A stretch of 63,312 nt of DNA, counting the filler, from Sphacelaria rigidula (Eukaryota), in NCBI GenBank assembly GCA_964200075.2. It is 9 parts of 9 records of this genome, joined end to end, with 100 filler letters (N's around TTAATTAATTAA, not from the genome) between each part and the next. Parts side by side here need not be neighbours in the genome. Positions count along the whole stretch, not along the records: positions 56,368 to 63,312 come from CAXNAA020017273.1; 8 more parts are not named here. One strand, 5' to 3'. The position numbers and the translations under genes are program-made. The notes beneath the pieces are model-generated. The model saw only the letters and a list, made by a program, of their open reading frames with translations. It did no database searches and was not told the DNA's origin. Positions 63,190 to 63,312 of the stretch are shown here, piece after piece (position 1 is the stretch's first letter; every line of letters starts with the position of its first letter).

Positions 63190-63312
63190 GTGAACCGAAA
63201 ACCAGAAATTCGGTTTTCGGTCGGTTTTTCGGTCGGCTTTTGCTAACCGAAACCGGGTTTTTAAATTCGGTTTTTCGGTTGCCAAAAACGACCGAAACCG
63301 AAAATCGACTCG
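63190..63312. repeat. AACCGAA/TTCGGTT motif cluster, probably a DNA-transposon subterminal region
   Basis: Multiple motif copies in both orientations at the contig end. Confidence 0.55.

Overview
This is eukaryotic, repeat-rich genomic DNA. It is probably a brown alga (Phaeophyceae), inferred from the intron-rich genes with kb-long introns and the repeat types. The window is not one locus: it is nine unlinked ~6.95-kb contigs (6946 bp x7, 6945 bp x2) joined by 100-bp N44-TTAATTAATTAA-N44 linkers. Six partial spliced genes can be rebuilt with phase-consistent GT-AG exons: an unknown protein (contig 1), an NRBF2/Atg38-like MIT-domain protein (contig 2), a METTL1/Trm8 tRNA m7G methyltransferase (contig 5), VPS51 (contig 6), a PPR protein (contig 7) and an IQ+WW protein (contig 8). 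Mobile DNA includes a decayed Ty1/copia element, a heavily eroded Ty3/gypsy relic, RTE-like LINE ends, tRNA-derived SINEs, hAT, piggyBac-like and mariner-like MITEs, and several long foldbacks. Three observations stand out. A retroelement tail family ends in oligo(C) rather than poly(A) and sits in C-rich tracts. Contig 4 is almost entirely enclosed by a ~50-bp inverted repeat. The contig 2 gene looks like a stramenopile NRBF2/Atg38 homologue. Family assignments come from recalled motifs, not database searches.
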